From NCBI RefSeq assembly GCF_044704955.1, contig NC_091999.1, forward strand, positions 35,216,001 to 35,280,000: DNA of 64,000 nucleotides, given 5' to 3'. Made by a program: the position numbers and the translations under genes. This DNA comes from Pristiophorus japonicus. Taxonomy: Eukaryota. This document shows, in pieces, positions 1-13,179 of this stretch. Under the pieces are notes generated by a model, which was not told the origin of the DNA, did not search any database, and saw only the letters and a program-made list of their open reading frames with translations. The first letter of the stretch is position 1, and each line of letters starts with the position of its first letter.

Positions 1-135
1 GGCGAATGGCCTACTCCTGCACGTACTTTCTATGTTTTTACGCTTCGGTATCAAATTATTCTCCAATAACGTTCCCATGAAGTGCCCTTGGACGATTTAC
101 TACGTTGAAGGCACTATATAAATAGAGGCTAATTT
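1..135 (+). mobile_element. CR1 LINE 3' tail (1-42) followed by L2-type LINE 3' end
   Basis: GAATGGCCTACTCCTGC...TTCTATG matches the CR1 tails elsewhere in the window; GGACGATTTACTACGTTGAAGGCACTATATAAAT matches the L2-type 3' end seen inverted at 1790-1870. Confidence 0.65.
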
Positions 136-139
136 TGTA

Positions 140-709
140 ACTGTTGCCCAGGATGTTGTTTTGAGGTGATGAAGAGCTTGTTGCACAGGTTACTGTTGTG
201 AGGGGATGAAGAGCTTGTTGCCCAGGTTACTGTTGTGAGGGGATGAAGAGCCTGTTGACAAGGTTACTGTTGTGAGGGGATGAAGAGCCTGTTGCCTAGG
301 TCATTGTTGTGAGGGGATGAAGAGCCTGTTGCCTCGGTGATTGTTATAAGGGGATGAAGAGCCTGTTGCCTAGGTTATTGTTGTGAGGTGATGAAGAGCC
401 TGATGCCCAGGTTACTGTTGTGAGGGGATGAAGAGCCTGTTGCCTAGGTTATTGTTCTGAAGGGATGAAGAGCCTGTTGCCTCGGTTATTGTTGTGAGGT
501 GATGAAGAGCCTGATGCCCAGGTTACTGTTGTGAGGGGATGAAGAGCCTGTTGACCAGGTTACTGTTGTGAGGGGATGAAGAGCCTGTTGACCAGGTTAC
601 TGTTGTGAGGGGATGAAGAGCCTGTTGCCTAGGTTATTGTTCTGAGGGGATGAAGAGCCTGTTGCCTAGGTTATTGTTGTGAGGTGATGAAGAGCCTGAT
701 GCCCAGGTT
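140..709. repeat. 37-bp tandem minisatellite, about 15 copies
   Basis: Unit GGATGAAGAGCCTGTTGCCTAGGTTATTGTTGTGAGG; GGATGA recurs at 241 and 278. Confidence 0.95.
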
Positions 710-714
710 AGTCC

Positions 715-1290
715 ATCTCGCGGGCACTGGGACCTTGAAGCCCCACCAACTTATTGTTCCTGGGCAATGTGGTCGCGCATGCGCTGTGACCCTGCCCTGT
801 GCAAGACGGTGGCCAGTGACCCCGCTGAGCCGGGCCTGCCACCACCGGGCATACCCGGGGGCCTGTGGGCCGGGATTGGGGCCTGAGGCCTATACCGGAT
901 GTGTGTGAGGCTCCCCGGCCCACACGCGGATCCACATCCTTCCCCGCCCCTACAATCTCCGACCGCCTCCGTGAAGCATCTGACACACTCGAGCTCGGGG
1001 CAAACGCCGGAGCCGCAGGTTCTTGCTTGGGCCTGAGGCCCAACCCGGGTGTTTAGAAAGCCCCCCCCCCCCACTCGGTCCAGGGCTCCCCTGAGCTGCG
1101 CGCCGCCTCCCCGTTCCGGAATCTTCTCTCCGCCTCCAGCCGTTGGGCAGCCCACGGTCCAGGGGCATGTGACCAGAGCCCACGGCCTGATTGACAGGAG
1201 CTTTCACCCACTGGGGACTGAGATCGCCAGAACAGTGGGGGCCGGGTGTGATACGCACTGGAACGTGCTGACATCATGACGTCAATGCAA
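715..1290. promoter_or_regulatory. CpG-rich promoter-like region
   Basis: High CpG density; NRF1 palindrome GCGCATGCGC at 775-784; GC box near 942; CRE TGACGTCA at 1277-1284; resembles 30900-31110. Confidence 0.5.
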
Positions 1291-1789
1291 CTTGATTCTC
1301 CTGAAGGAGAGAGGCTGGAGGTCAAGGTTGATGACATTCTGTGCTGACCCTTGACCTCCCTTGCTCCCCAGTGCAGACCAGGAGAGGTTGCACATTCCAG
1401 CTGCTCACTGTGGGGGTTGTCAGCTGACGCAGGCTGGGCTGCTGGTGGGCAGACTGCAGTTAAACTCACCGCCCTGGGCTCCTTCCACTGGTCACTGTCC
1501 ACTCACCACAGCAGCAAAGGCCAAGTCTGCAAAGGGACTATGATGCCCCCAACGTTGAATAGGCTGCCAACAATCATTGCATACCCTCACACATTGGCCC
1601 TTTCGATCGGCACTGGAAGGCAACCAGTGAATGTGGAACTGCTCACTGTGGAGGAATAGGAGGGTATGTTGATAGGGTGAGAGGAGGGTCGTGTGGCATT
1701 TAAATCCCGACGTGGACCAGTTCGGCCAAATGGCTTGTTCCTGAGCTGCACGTTCTAAAAATACCGTGAAAGGTCAAATCAAGGGTATC

Positions 1790-2215
1790 AGCAACAACAA
1801 AAACAAAACTTGTATTTATATAACGCCTTTAATGTGTGAAACGTCACAAGGAATTTCACAGAATAATATAAGACAAAAAACTTGACACCAAGCCACATAA
1901 ACAGATATTAGGACAGGTGACCAAAAGCTTGGTCAAAGACATGGGTTTTGAGGAGCATCTTAAAGGAGGAATGAGAGGCGGAGAGGTTTAAGGAACGAGT
2001 TTTAGAGCTTGAGGCCAAGGCAACAGAAGGTTGTGCGATGATCATCAGGGATGCTCAAGAAGGCTGAATTAGAGGAGCGCAGATATCGCAGGGATTGTGG
2101 GGCTCTGGAGGAGATTAGAGAGATAGGGAGGAGCGCGGCCATGCAGGGATATGATAACAAACATGAACATTTTGAAATCGAGGCATTACTTAACCGGGAA
2201 GTATGTAGGTCAGCG
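1790..2215 (-). mobile_element. L2-type LINE 3' fragment
   Basis: (CAA)n tail then TTGTATTTATATAACGCCTTTAATG; body is the reverse complement of 58590-58850. Confidence 0.7.
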
Positions 2216-2776
2216 ATGCTTCCCCAGCATTCTAGGCACACACACCTTTCCTCGTTCACCTGGCCCTTGCTGGCTGCGATATTTCATCCTATGTCCTTGC
2301 TTCCAATTGCTTCTGCAAGAAAAAAACAAAAGGAAAAACATCACCGCTCTGTGAGAGGTCTTCCCTCCACAGGTCAAACTTAGGTTATCTGAATTAGATT
2401 TCCCGTCCCGAATGCTTGAGCAGGAACTCCTATCTATTTAGCTCGTCAATTTTATTTTCACAAAAACCTGTGTCCTGCCTTTGTGATTTAACAATACAAA
2501 AGTTATCTGCAATGCGTTCACAGCAAGTCGGTTATCTTCCCCTCGAGCAGTCTGTCGTGGAAGATAACACATGGCTCCAAATCATTCATTCCAAGCATTT
2601 GTTTTTCAAGTCTTAAGTTCAATTTTGTTACCATGCTGTGGCATTCAAGATTCATTACTGCATATATAAGAAGTTGAACATTACTGGAGTTCTTCTCTTT
2701 TGTTCCAGCAAAGTTCAAGGTCGGTAACACCTTGAAGTTATTTCCATTTTAAACAACTCTCTTGGTAATCTTGCAC

Positions 2777-2925
2777 CATCATCATCATCTTCATAGGCAG
2801 TCCCTCGAAACGAGGATGACTTGCTTCCACGCCGAAAAGGGATGAGTTCACAGGTGTTTCAATGAAGGACCTAATATTCCAGATCCTTAACTACATGTTG
2901 AAGGGTGGAAGATGCCTGTGCGCGT
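2777..2925 (-). mobile_element. 3' part of an RTE-dependent non-autonomous element (SINE-like)
   Basis: (CAT)n tail and ATAGGCAGTCCCTCGAAACGAGGATGACTTGCTTCCAC, the reverse complement of the RTE 3' end at 23510-23561; interior matches 17620-17735. Confidence 0.8.
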
Positions 2926-2977
2926 AATAATTTATCTCTGTGCAATTGATTAGCAAATATTAAGAATGATGTGCTTT

Positions 2978-3060
2978 ATATACACACACACACACATATA
3001 TACATACACGCATATATACATAGACAGACATATACATATATATATATATATATATACATA
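2978..3060. repeat. (AT)/(AC) microsatellite
   Basis: Direct reading. Confidence 0.95.
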
Positions 3061-3394
3061 AAGGCACAGGGACTCCACTTTCTCTGCCTCTTTATAATTA
3101 AAGGGACAGTCCAGTTTATCTTGTGTCGGAGGACTTTACGAACTGAGCTACCATTACCAGTCGCACCCTTTTGTACTGTGCAATGATTGTAAAGCTATTA
3201 TAGTGACTTGAGCCATTCTAAAATGTCTCACTGTTTTTGATGATCTATTTAATTTGCTTGTCTAATTTGGAAATATTTCAGAATTGTGCATTGTGACGAA
3301 GGCTTCCTTTACAGGTGGAGTCAAATTTGTTTCAAAATATTCTGTTCCCACCCTTCCCCAACCCCCACCCCCAATTTTTAGAATACTGCAGTAC

Positions 3395-3630
3395 TGACCG
3401 GGACGGTCACAAGTTCGATCCTTGATCAGGGCTGTTAGTTGAGCTCAGCCAAGGCAGCAGTTCACAGGTTATAATTGTCCTCAGTACAACTGGGAAGTGT
3501 GTGGATGTCATTTGAGGACAGGAGTTGAGGCTGTGATGCCTACCACAGTGGAAATCCTGCTGGTACTCACTGAATCGACTGACCGTGTGGCACTAGAGGT
3601 TATCTATTGTTTGTGGAATTGCACCGAGCC
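3395..3630 (+). mobile_element. Degenerate tRNA-derived SINE
   Basis: B-box-like GTTCGATCC near 3412; paralog at 28205-28500; related piece at about 1535-1650. Confidence 0.5.
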
Positions 3631-3823
3631 AGATTCAGCACTTTCTGGAGATAATAAAGCTCAGCGATTAAATGAATGTTGATTTTAGACAGTAAATATC
3701 TAGAATAAGGAACTTAGGAGGGACAGGAGGGGACAGAATGTTCCATAGAATCTAGAATTGTATGTTCTGAATTTATATCCTGTACTTAAAGTAACAACGT
3801 TTGTAACCACCATTTATTTTCAG

Positions 3824-4120
3824 GGTATTAGAAGGGGAGGATCTGCAACTGGGAAACGCAATCCAGACATCGCGTCAAGATTTGACAGATTCCCCGGATT
3901 GATCAGGATCATCTTATCATCAGCCTTTTTAAAACCACCAATCACAGCGGGGAGAAACAGGACACATGTTCTGTGTGTGGATGCTCCTCCAACCAATCGT
4001 TCAGCCTGTGAGAGTCGTGTGCCCACCTGACTCAACACTAAATGTGGGGACAGTGGGAATGGATGCTGTTGTGCCTGGAAAGAGATTCAGTCGCTCATCT
4101 CACCAACTGACATTCGAGGA
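3824..4120 (+). pseudogene. Decayed C2H2 zinc-finger exon (copy A)
   Basis: Acceptor TTTTCAG|G then VLEGEDLQLGNAIQTSRQDLTDSPD*SGSSYHQP, homologous to the leader of the minus-strand ZNF exons; then finger remnants HSGEKQDTCSVCG, KCGDSG and GKRFSRSSHQLT with stops and deletions. Confidence 0.75.
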
Positions 4121-4682
4121 GATAGATAACAGACTTTCTCCTGTGAATATAGAGCTGGGTTATTGGGCCGTGATGTGTTCACTTATTCATCTTGGTGAAT
4201 CTAAACCTTTGCCAATTATTTCACGTGATCAGTTTACATATACATATTTTTTTTAATGCATTTGCTGAGTGGATTCAAATTTAAATTGAAACCAGGTTTT
4301 CAGGCGGGGTGCTCCAATCACACATCGAAGGTTAGAGAGATGCTGCGGGGCACACGCTTGGTCCAGTATCTGAAACTGATTTACCAGACTGGGAACTTGT
4401 CCCGGAGAGTAACTGATGGCATGAGAACTGTAATAATCCAGAATTAGAAAGGAGAAAAGGCCCAAAATGGTGCAGTCAGTAACAAGACATCAATTAGTCC
4501 CCTCTTATCTTGGAGATATCAAATATCGACACACTGTGTTATTTGAAACATGAAAATATTAAACTCTAGCCCAGTTATAGGTTATTCACATCAACAGAAA
4601 CAAACCCCAAGTGATACAACAAACATGATTCAATCAGGATGCGATTACCAGCAGCAGAAACAATAGAATCCAACCCCTGCAG

Positions 4683-4880
4683 TCATTTGTGAACTAGCTG
4701 GTATCTCAGCAGGTTGGATGACTGAATGAATCCCTTCCCACACTCAGAACAGGAGAATGGCCTTTCTCCGGTGTGATTTCGGTGGTGTGTCAGCAGGTTG
4801 GATGACTGAGTGAATCCATTCCCACACTCAGAGCAGCTGAATGGCCTCACCCCAGTGTGACTGTGACGATGCATTTCCAG
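4683..4880 (-). pseudogene. 5'-truncated C2H2 zinc-finger remnant, last two fingers (copy B)
   Basis: [61 protein letters not shown] (final finger has H to Y); family 3' UTR at 4420-4682. Confidence 0.85.
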
Positions 4881-4984
4881 CTTACAATGTTGGGTTCAGT
4901 TCTGCATCCGCTGTGCGCAGAGTGAGAATAAAATCAATGAGCTGCTGATTCTCTCCGCTGGACAATGGGTCTTTTGTGCTGGCA

Positions 4985-5225
4985 CAATAGGGTTAGACGG
5001 GCTGTCCCAATAGGGTGAGCCCAGGCTGGCCCAATAGATGAGTCCGGGCTGGCCCAATAGTGTGAGCCGGGCTGGCCTAGTAGGGCGTGCCCAGGCTGGC
5101 CCAATAGGTGAGCTCGGGCTGATCCAATGAGGTGAGCCTGGGATGGTCTGGGCTAGGTGGGCCTGGGCTAGCCCAATAGGGTGATCACGGGCTGGCCCAA
5201 TAGGGTGCGCCAGTTTGGCCCAGAG
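4985..5225. repeat. 24-bp tandem repeat containing CCAAT, about 10 copies
   Basis: Unit GCTGGCCCAATAGGGTGAGCCCAG (5001, 5025...); paralogous array at 30350-30570. Confidence 0.9.
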
Positions 5226-5399
5226 TCACCAGACAACAAACACCAGAACAACAAGGTTCCCTTTCAGGGGCCACTGACCTGGGCACAAACATGTGGTCCA
5301 ATAAAACTGACAGACACCCTGAAGCCCCGCCCACCCATTGTCCCTGCCGTGTCGAAATTCCGAATAGAGCACTTGCTGCAGGAGGCTTGTATTGGGAAT

Positions 5400-5480
5400 A
5401 TGGATAGCTGAAATTGTAGAGTACACTCCATAACGCCTTATGGTTGACCTTGTCAAAGGCCTTAGTCATGTCAAAGAATG
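5400..5480 (-). mobile_element. RTE-type reverse transcriptase fragment
   Basis: Translates FFDMTKAFDKVNHKALWSVL, similar to FNLTNGFDTVNHEDLWSVL near 22200. Confidence 0.7.
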
Positions 5481-5529
5481 TTGAACCAAACCCTCAGTCA
5501 CTGACACCAAGTTCCTCCCATGTGATATA

Positions 5530-7180
5530 AACCAACCCATGTCACTGACAACAAGTGAACTGGGAAAATATATTCGAGGGTAAGACTGTAGAAATGAAAT
5601 GGCAAACATTTAAGGAGATATTTCATAACTCTCAGCAAAGATTTATTCAAGTGAGAAATAAAGATGCTAAGAGAAGGATGAACCATCCCTGCCTAACTCA
5701 GGAAGTAAAGGATGGTATCAAATTGAAAAAAGGCATAAAATGTTGCGAATGACAGTGGAAGGCCTGACGATTTGTAAATTTTTAGAAACCAGCAAAGGAC
5801 GACGAAAAAAATGATAGAGAGAGTGAAGATAGCAGATGAGAGCAAATTAGCAAGGCATATGGAAACAGAAAATAAGAGCTCCTACAGGGATATAAAACGG
5901 AAACGAGCAGCTGAAGTAAACGTTGGTCCCTTAGAAGATGAAACTGGAGAATTAATAATGGGAAACACGGAAATGGCAGAAAATTTTTTAAATAATTATG
6001 AATCGGTCTTCATGGTAGAGGGCACCTAAAAACTTCCCAATAGTTGCTAACCAAGGAGCTATTGCGGGGTGCGGGGGAGCGGGGGAGCAATCACAATCAC
6101 ACGAGACCAAGTACTAATCAAACGAATTGAACGAAAGACGGACAAGTCCCCTGGATTGGTGACATGCATTATAGGGTCTGAAAAAAGTGGCTGTAGAGAT
6201 AGAGGGTGCATCGGTTGTAATCTAACAAAATTACCTAAATTTTGGCGAGGTCCCAGTGGACAAGAATACCGCAAGTGTAACACCCCTAATTAAGAAAGGA
6301 GTGAGACAGAGAGCAGGAACCTATGGACCAGTTAGCCTACCATCTGTCAGTGGGAAAATACTGGAGTCCATCATTAAGGAAAAGTAGCAGGACATTTAGA
6401 GAATCATATTGCCATCAAGCAGAGTCAGCTTGGTTTAATGAAAGAGAAATCATATTGTCAAATTTCCTGGAGTTGTTTGAGGATGTAACGAGCGGAGTGA
6501 ATAAAGGAGACCAGTTGATGTTGTATATTTGGATTTCCAGAAAGCATTCCATATAGTGCTACACAAAAGGCTATTGCACAAGCTAAGAGCTCATAGGATT
6601 GGGGGTAATGTATCACCGTGGATGGAGGATTGGCAAACTAATAGAAAACAGAGAGTGGGGATAAATGGATATTTTCAGGTTTGCAAACTGCAACTGTTGG
6701 AATGCCACAGGGATCAGTGCTGGGGCCTCAACTATTTACAATTTATATTAATGACTTGGATGAAGGCACCGAGTGTAACATCATCAAATTTGCTGATGAT
6801 ACAAATATAGTTGGGAAAGCAATCTGTGAGGAGGACGCAGATAATCTACGAAAGGATATAGCAAGGCTCAGTGAATGGGCAAAATCTGGCAGATGCATTG
6901 TAATGTGTTAAAATGTCAGCTTATCCCCTTTGGTAGTACAAATAAAAAAGCAAATGATTCTTTAAATGGGGACGATTACAAAATGCTGTAGTACGGAGGG
7001 ATCTGGGGGTTATTGTACATGAAATGCAAAAATTTAGCATGCAGATAGAGCAATAATCAGGAAAGCAAATGGTATGCTGGCCTTTATTGCAAGGGGGATG
7101 GAGTATAAAAGTAGGGATGTCCTGCTACAACTGTACAGGGCGTTGGTAAGACCACACCTGGAGTACTGCACACAGTTTTG
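5530..7180 (+). mobile_element. CR1 LINE ORF2 fragment, decayed
   Basis: RT motifs DFQKAF, GMPQGSVLGPQLFTIYINDLD, KFADDT; frameshifts. Confidence 0.92.
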
Positions 7181-7662
7181 GTTTGGACTTGGCTCCATTC
7201 CCGTGCCAGGGGTTTTGCTACACCAGATGGGGGACACCATTTGTGGACACTGATTCCCCACCAATTTCCATTCCCCTTCTTTCTGGTGGATAATGGAGCG
7301 GCCGCTTTGTGTAATGTGCAAGTCAGTAAGAATTGTCAGCAAGCTCTTTCTAATTGGAGATTATATTCAGTACAAACGTTTACATTATTGTAGATTGTGT
7401 ACCAAAGATCAAGATAGGATTAAAGTAAAAGTTCATAATTTTATTGTTGAGAGTTGCTGAGTTAAGGGGAAAGATAACACACACAGTTTTTAAATGGACA
7501 CTGCAGTCCCAAGAACACAATCAGCAATATATCCAGAATATTAAGGTCCAGCCCAGTTTCAGGCTTATTATTAGCAGAAACAAACCCCAACTGTTAGATT
7601 GAACATGGTTCAGTCGGGATGTGATTAACAGCAGCAATAACAGCAGATTCTAACCCCTTGAG

Positions 7663-8447
<785 letters not shown>

Positions 8448-8654
8448 CTGTAAAAGGGGATAACAAAACTCATCGCTGTCAGTAAAGGACAGAAATTCAG
8501 GAGAGACTCATCTAGTTTCCATGAAACATGCTTATCTCCCTTGTCCTTCCAAAGCTATAAATCCCTGTCCCACACGTTGTCCCACCTGCTGTGCTGCAAT
8601 CCAAATCAACACAAATTTCCAGACAGTTTCTCCTCTACTCCCAGTTTTCACTAC

Positions 8655-8915
8655 CAATTTTGGTTGGGTTCAGGTTTACACTCACTGGTTCCCCTCCTTC
8701 TCCTTCCCAGAATGTGCTGACACTAGCTGGGTTCAGTTCTACACACACAGGTACACTTCCTTCTCCTAAAGGTGCTGACTCTGGCTGGGTTCAGTTCTAC
8801 ACTCACTGTTTCCCCTCCCCTGAAGGTGCTGACTCTGGCTGGGTTCAGTTCTACAATCACTGGTTCCCCACCCCTGAAGTTGCTTACTCGAGCTGGGTTC
8901 AGTTCCAGACACTGA
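8655..8915. repeat. 54-bp tandem repeat in the inferred ZNF intron, about 5 copies
   Basis: GCTGACTCTGGCTGGGTTCAGTTCTACACTCACTG recurs at 8774 and 8828. Confidence 0.9.
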
Positions 8916-8919
8916 TATC

Positions 8920-9310
8920 ATTCACTTTGTACCTGCACCATGATGGCCGCAAATTGCATTGTGCTACTAACTGAATCAAGATGGCGGAGCGCTGAACCTG
9001 CCTTCCTGCCGTTAGCCTATACCTGTGATTCGGAAAAAGCCCCGAAACTGCAATCGCCGATATTCTGGTTACTATTCCGGGCTTGCGGCGGGTATCGGTT
9101 GTTGATGAAGCCTCCCTTACTCCCCGGTGGTCCATTATTCCCCTTCGTCCCAATGAAAACGACACTTCTGTGGAGCTTGCCCGAAATGTGTCTCCTCCAC
9201 TATTACACGCACTGCGCATACTCCAAACACAGCCAGGACCAGCACGGGCGCACTGAGCTCCTGTCGTCTGAGTGCGGCACATTCTCCCCTGTGGGGCATG
9301 CTGGGTACAT
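8920..9310 (-). promoter_or_regulatory. Promoter / non-coding exon 1 module of ZNF copy C
   Basis: YY1-type CAAGATGGCGG at 8977-8987; ZNF143-type GCATGCTGGGTA at 9296-9307; minus-strand donor GTTAGT at 8971-8966; colinear paralog of 23780-24195. Confidence 0.6.
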
Positions 9311-9384
9311 AAGACCATGAGAAATAAGAGCAGGAGGGGGCCACCCGGCCCCCGGAGCCTGCTCCCCATTCAATAACATTGGAC

Positions 9385-10285
9385 GGGACAGTCTAGGGGG
9401 GGCTTTACTCCATATCTACCCGTGCTCTACTTGCTGTGGGAGTATTTGATGCGACAGTACAGAGGGAGCTTTACTCTGTATCTAACCCATGCTGTACCTG
9501 CCTTGGGAGTGTTTGATGGGACAGTGTAGAAGGAGCTTTAATCTGAATCTAACCAACGCAGTACCTGGTCAGGAATGCTTGGGGCAGGATTGAGGAAGAT
9601 ATACTCTGTATCTAACGTGCTTTGTACCTGCCCTTGCAATGTCTGGTGGGATAGTATTGAGGGAGTTTTACTCTGTTTCTAAGCAAGGCAAATATATCCT
9701 TCCTTAGATAAGGCGACCAAAACTGTGCAAAATTTTGAGAGATTAGAGAGAGAATTACACTGTATCTACATTGTGCTGTAGCTGTCCTCGGAGTGTTTAT
9801 TTCGACAGTGTAGAGGGAGCTTTACTTAGTGTATAACCAATGCAGTACCTGCTCTGGGAGTGTTTGATCGAACAGTGTAAAGGGCGATTTACTTTATATG
9901 TAACAAATGCTGTATTTGCAACGGAATTGCTAGGTCAGGGTAGAAGGAGAATGTACTCCGTGTAACCTGTGCTGTACCTTTCCTGGGAGTGTTTGATGGG
10001 GCAGTGTAGAGGGAGCTTTACTCTGTATCTAACCACGTGCTGTACCTGCCCTGAGAATGTTTTGTGGCAGGGTTGAGGAAAATATACTCCATGTCTAACC
10101 TGTACTGCACCTGCCCTGGGACTGGTTAATGGCAAAGTGTAGAGGGAGCTTTACTCTGTATCTAAACCAAGTTGTACCTGCCCTGGGAGTATTTGGGATA
10201 TTGTAGTCTGAGATTTACTCTATATCAACCCTGATAGTGTTTGGGAGAGGATGGAGTGAGATTTATTCTTTATCTAACCCGTGCA
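9385..10285 (+). repeat. 67-bp dispersed minisatellite, degenerate, about 12 copies
   Basis: Unit GTGTAGAGGGAGCTTTACTCTGTATCTAACCCGTGCTGTACCTGCCCTGGGAGTGTTTGATGGGACA; inverted copies at 11455-11510 and 42678-43000. Confidence 0.9.
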
Positions 10286-10289
10286 ATAC

Positions 10290-11260
10290 TGGTAGTTCTG
10301 ATATCAATAGTGGTGAAAATGCTAAAATCTATTATTAAGCACGTTGTAAGTAATAACACGATTGGGCAGAATGAACACGGATTTATGAAAGGGAAATTGT
10401 ACTTGACAAATCTGTTAGTATTTCTTGAGGTTGTCACTCGCAGGATAGAAAAGGGCGAACCACTTGATGTGGTTTATTTAGATTTACAAAAGGCATTCAA
10501 TGAGGTGCCACACAAGGGATTATTAAACAAAATTATCGCTCGTGAGATTAGGGGTAATATATTAACAAGGATTGGTTAACGGTCAGAAAACAGAGTAGGA
10601 ATAAACGGGTGATTTGCGGGTTGGCAGGCTGTAACTGGTGGGGTGCTGCAAGGATCGGTGCTTGGGCCGCAGCTATTCACAATCTATATCAATAATTTGG
10701 ATGAGGGCACCAAATGTAATATATCGAAGTTTGCTGAGGCTACAAAGCTAGTTGGGAATGTAAGTTGTGAGGAGGATGAAAAGAGGTTTCAAAGGGATAG
10801 AAACAGATTCAGTGAGTGGGCTAGAACATGGCAAATGGAATATAATGTGAAGAAATGTTAAGTTATAAACTGAGAGTAAAAATAGAAAGGCAGAGGATCT
10901 TTTTAAATGGTGAGTAATTGGGAAATGTTGGTGTTCAGAGCGACCTGGGGGTTCTTGTCCACAAATTGTTAAAAGTTTATACGCAAGCAATTAAGAAAGC
11001 AAATGGTATATTGGCCTTTATTAGAAAAAGATTTGAGTATAAGAGTAAATACATCTTACTGCAATTATAAAGGGCTCTGGTGAGACCACACCTGGAGTAT
11101 TGTGTACAGTTTTGGGCTCCTTACGTAAGGAAAGATAAACTTGCTATGGATGGAGTGCAATGAAGGTTCGCCAGACTGATTTCTGGGATGGGAGGATTGT
11201 CCTTTGAGAGATTGAGTAGACTAGGCCTATATTCGCTCTCGTACAGAAGAATGAGAGATG
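10290..11260 (+). mobile_element. CR1 LINE RT fragment, decayed
   Basis: HGFMKGK, DVVYLDLQKAF, QGSVLGPQLFTIYINNLD. Confidence 0.92.
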
Positions 11261-11779
11261 AGAGGCGACGCCCACATCCCATGAACGAATTTTTAAAAAG
11301 AGATGTGAGGTGTTTAAATTTGATCAAGGACACCAGCCAAATTATTAGAGACACACACTGTCCTTCAGGACCTGTGTCCAGGGGTGAAGCTGATGGGTTT
11401 ATCTGATCATCTTTGGATTCAATGTTGTGCTCATTAAGCTGAGCACCTCGTTCTAGCATCAAACGCTCTCCAGTCGGGCACAGCACGGGTTAGATACAGA
11501 GTGAACCCATCGGTCGCTCCCCGACACAGATACAGAGGGACAAGGTGAGTCTGGGACAATGACATTTCGCACTCAATAAGGTATAAATTGATCCTGTACC
11601 TCTCCCATTAATCCTGGGCTTCACACGGGTCAAATCCTGCTCCTGTTTCCCTTCCTGTAACAGCACTGAGCTCAACCCAGACCAAAATGATCAGTGCTCA
11701 GGGAGGTTGGTTGTTAGGCACTGCAGTGATGTCATAAAGCAGGGCCATGAGCCCAGCTGGTCCTCTCCATGTCCCTTTA

Positions 11780-12005
11780 AAGGAGGAGAGCTGGGACATC
11801 CTGTCTCACACATCCCACTGTTCATACTGAGAATCACCGGGAAAGGCCCACGGCCCTTCGTGTGGAACACAACCAAGGGGGAAAGAGGAGGTGAGCTGGG
11901 ACATCCTCTCTCAACACATATCCCCCTGTTCATACTGAGAATCCCCGGGGAAGGCCCAAGACCCAGTGTGTGGAACACAACCAAGGGGGAAAGAGGAGGA
12001 GAGAA
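11780..12005. repeat. Two-copy direct repeat, period about 105 bp
   Basis: GAGCTGGGACATCCT at 11788 and 11893. Confidence 0.9.
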
Positions 12006-13179
12006 GGGCAGGTAAATCAAGGAGAAGGGACTGAGGCCCACCAAGCTTCAGTTTCAGAGCCTGTAACTTCAGGAGGGATCAGCGAGTTGTGTAGATTCAG
12101 GATCCAGGGAGAGAACAAGGAGCAGATGGGGAGACTGGTGTGGATTCCAGCAGAGTGAGGATGTAGGGGGAGGGAGATTGTGTCGGGTTAGGGGTGTGGG
12201 AGGGACAAGAGAGGAAAGGTTAGAGGAGCAATTACTGCAGCAGTGTCCATCAATAGTGAGAGAGAGAAGGTGGGGGTCAGAGTGGGCCCTCGACAGGCCA
12301 GTAAACTGTTCGTTTGCTGTGACCAGCTTTCCTTCTGACACAAATAGTCTCCTGTAGACCACTGAAAAAAGAGCCCATTAAACGCCCAATGTCCTTTCGT
12401 CTGGTGAGGTCTCCCTATGTGAATCATGGGTTGTTGTTAAAGCTTCTCATTCTGACTCGCTCACAGTGAGACAGTATCCACTGTCCCTTTTATTCCATGG
12501 GCTTCATCTTTGCCGGTATTGGTAACACGCCCGGGATCACGAAACACAAAACCCAGTTTGTTAATCACTTTCAGCTACTTGACTTCGTGTATGCCCGACA
12601 GCATCTCTCTCGCCTTCAATGTGTGAATAGAGCATCACGCCCGCAATGCTGGTTTAAGTTTATTTCCACGCAGCAAATCTATTTAAGAAAAGCCTGAAGG
12701 CCGGTAAGACACTGTTCAGGTGCGAGTGTGCTGCTGGTTTGCCTGGCATTTTGCCTGTAATGGAAAATAACTGAACATTTCTCCCAGTGTAACCTTTGCT
12801 GCAATGAAATGTGCCTTTTAATAAGCCTCACGTCCTTGCTCATGTCTGCTGCAATTGTGAAGAAAGAGGATGTGTGAAGAGATGATGTTTGTATGGAGAT
12901 GTGAAACAAGGAAACGGTTTATGTGTGTGGCAGTGACACAGCCTTGTGGTCACAGGCAGAACCATGCACCGATATCCTTGTGGTTATGGTTTTAGCAGGG
13001 TTAGTTCATGAATGCTCAAGCTAAGAGGTGCCAGGGATCGGGAGCAGCGGCAGTAAATAAAATCTAAATGTAAATTCCGATGTAGTTTATCTTCATTTAT
13101 TCCTATTTTAATGGCTTTTGCTGAATGTGTCCCATGCCAAGTGACAGGATATTGGATCAGGCCCACCCTAGAAAATGAG

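Noticed and set aside
140-709. CRISPR array, or C/D snoRNA array (GTGATGA...CTGA in some units)
   Set aside because: Units are contiguous with no unique spacers and no cas genes; the C- and D-like boxes are only a few nt apart, with no guide region.
2260-2312. Possible 53-nt minus-strand exon (strong polypyrimidine acceptor, GTGAAC donor)
   Set aside because: Weak donor, no recognisable coding content and no partner exons; unsupported without RNA data.
2460-2468. V(D)J RSS nonamer ACAAAAACC
   Set aside because: No CACAGTG heptamer at 12- or 23-nt spacing.
3395-3430. tRNA gene (B-box GTTCGATCC)
   Set aside because: No cloverleaf or intact A box; it continues into SINE body sequence.
12717-12880. 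EGF-like peptide FRCECAAGLPGIL
   Set aside because: The other conserved cysteines are missing, stops lie nearby, and there is no clear exon structure.
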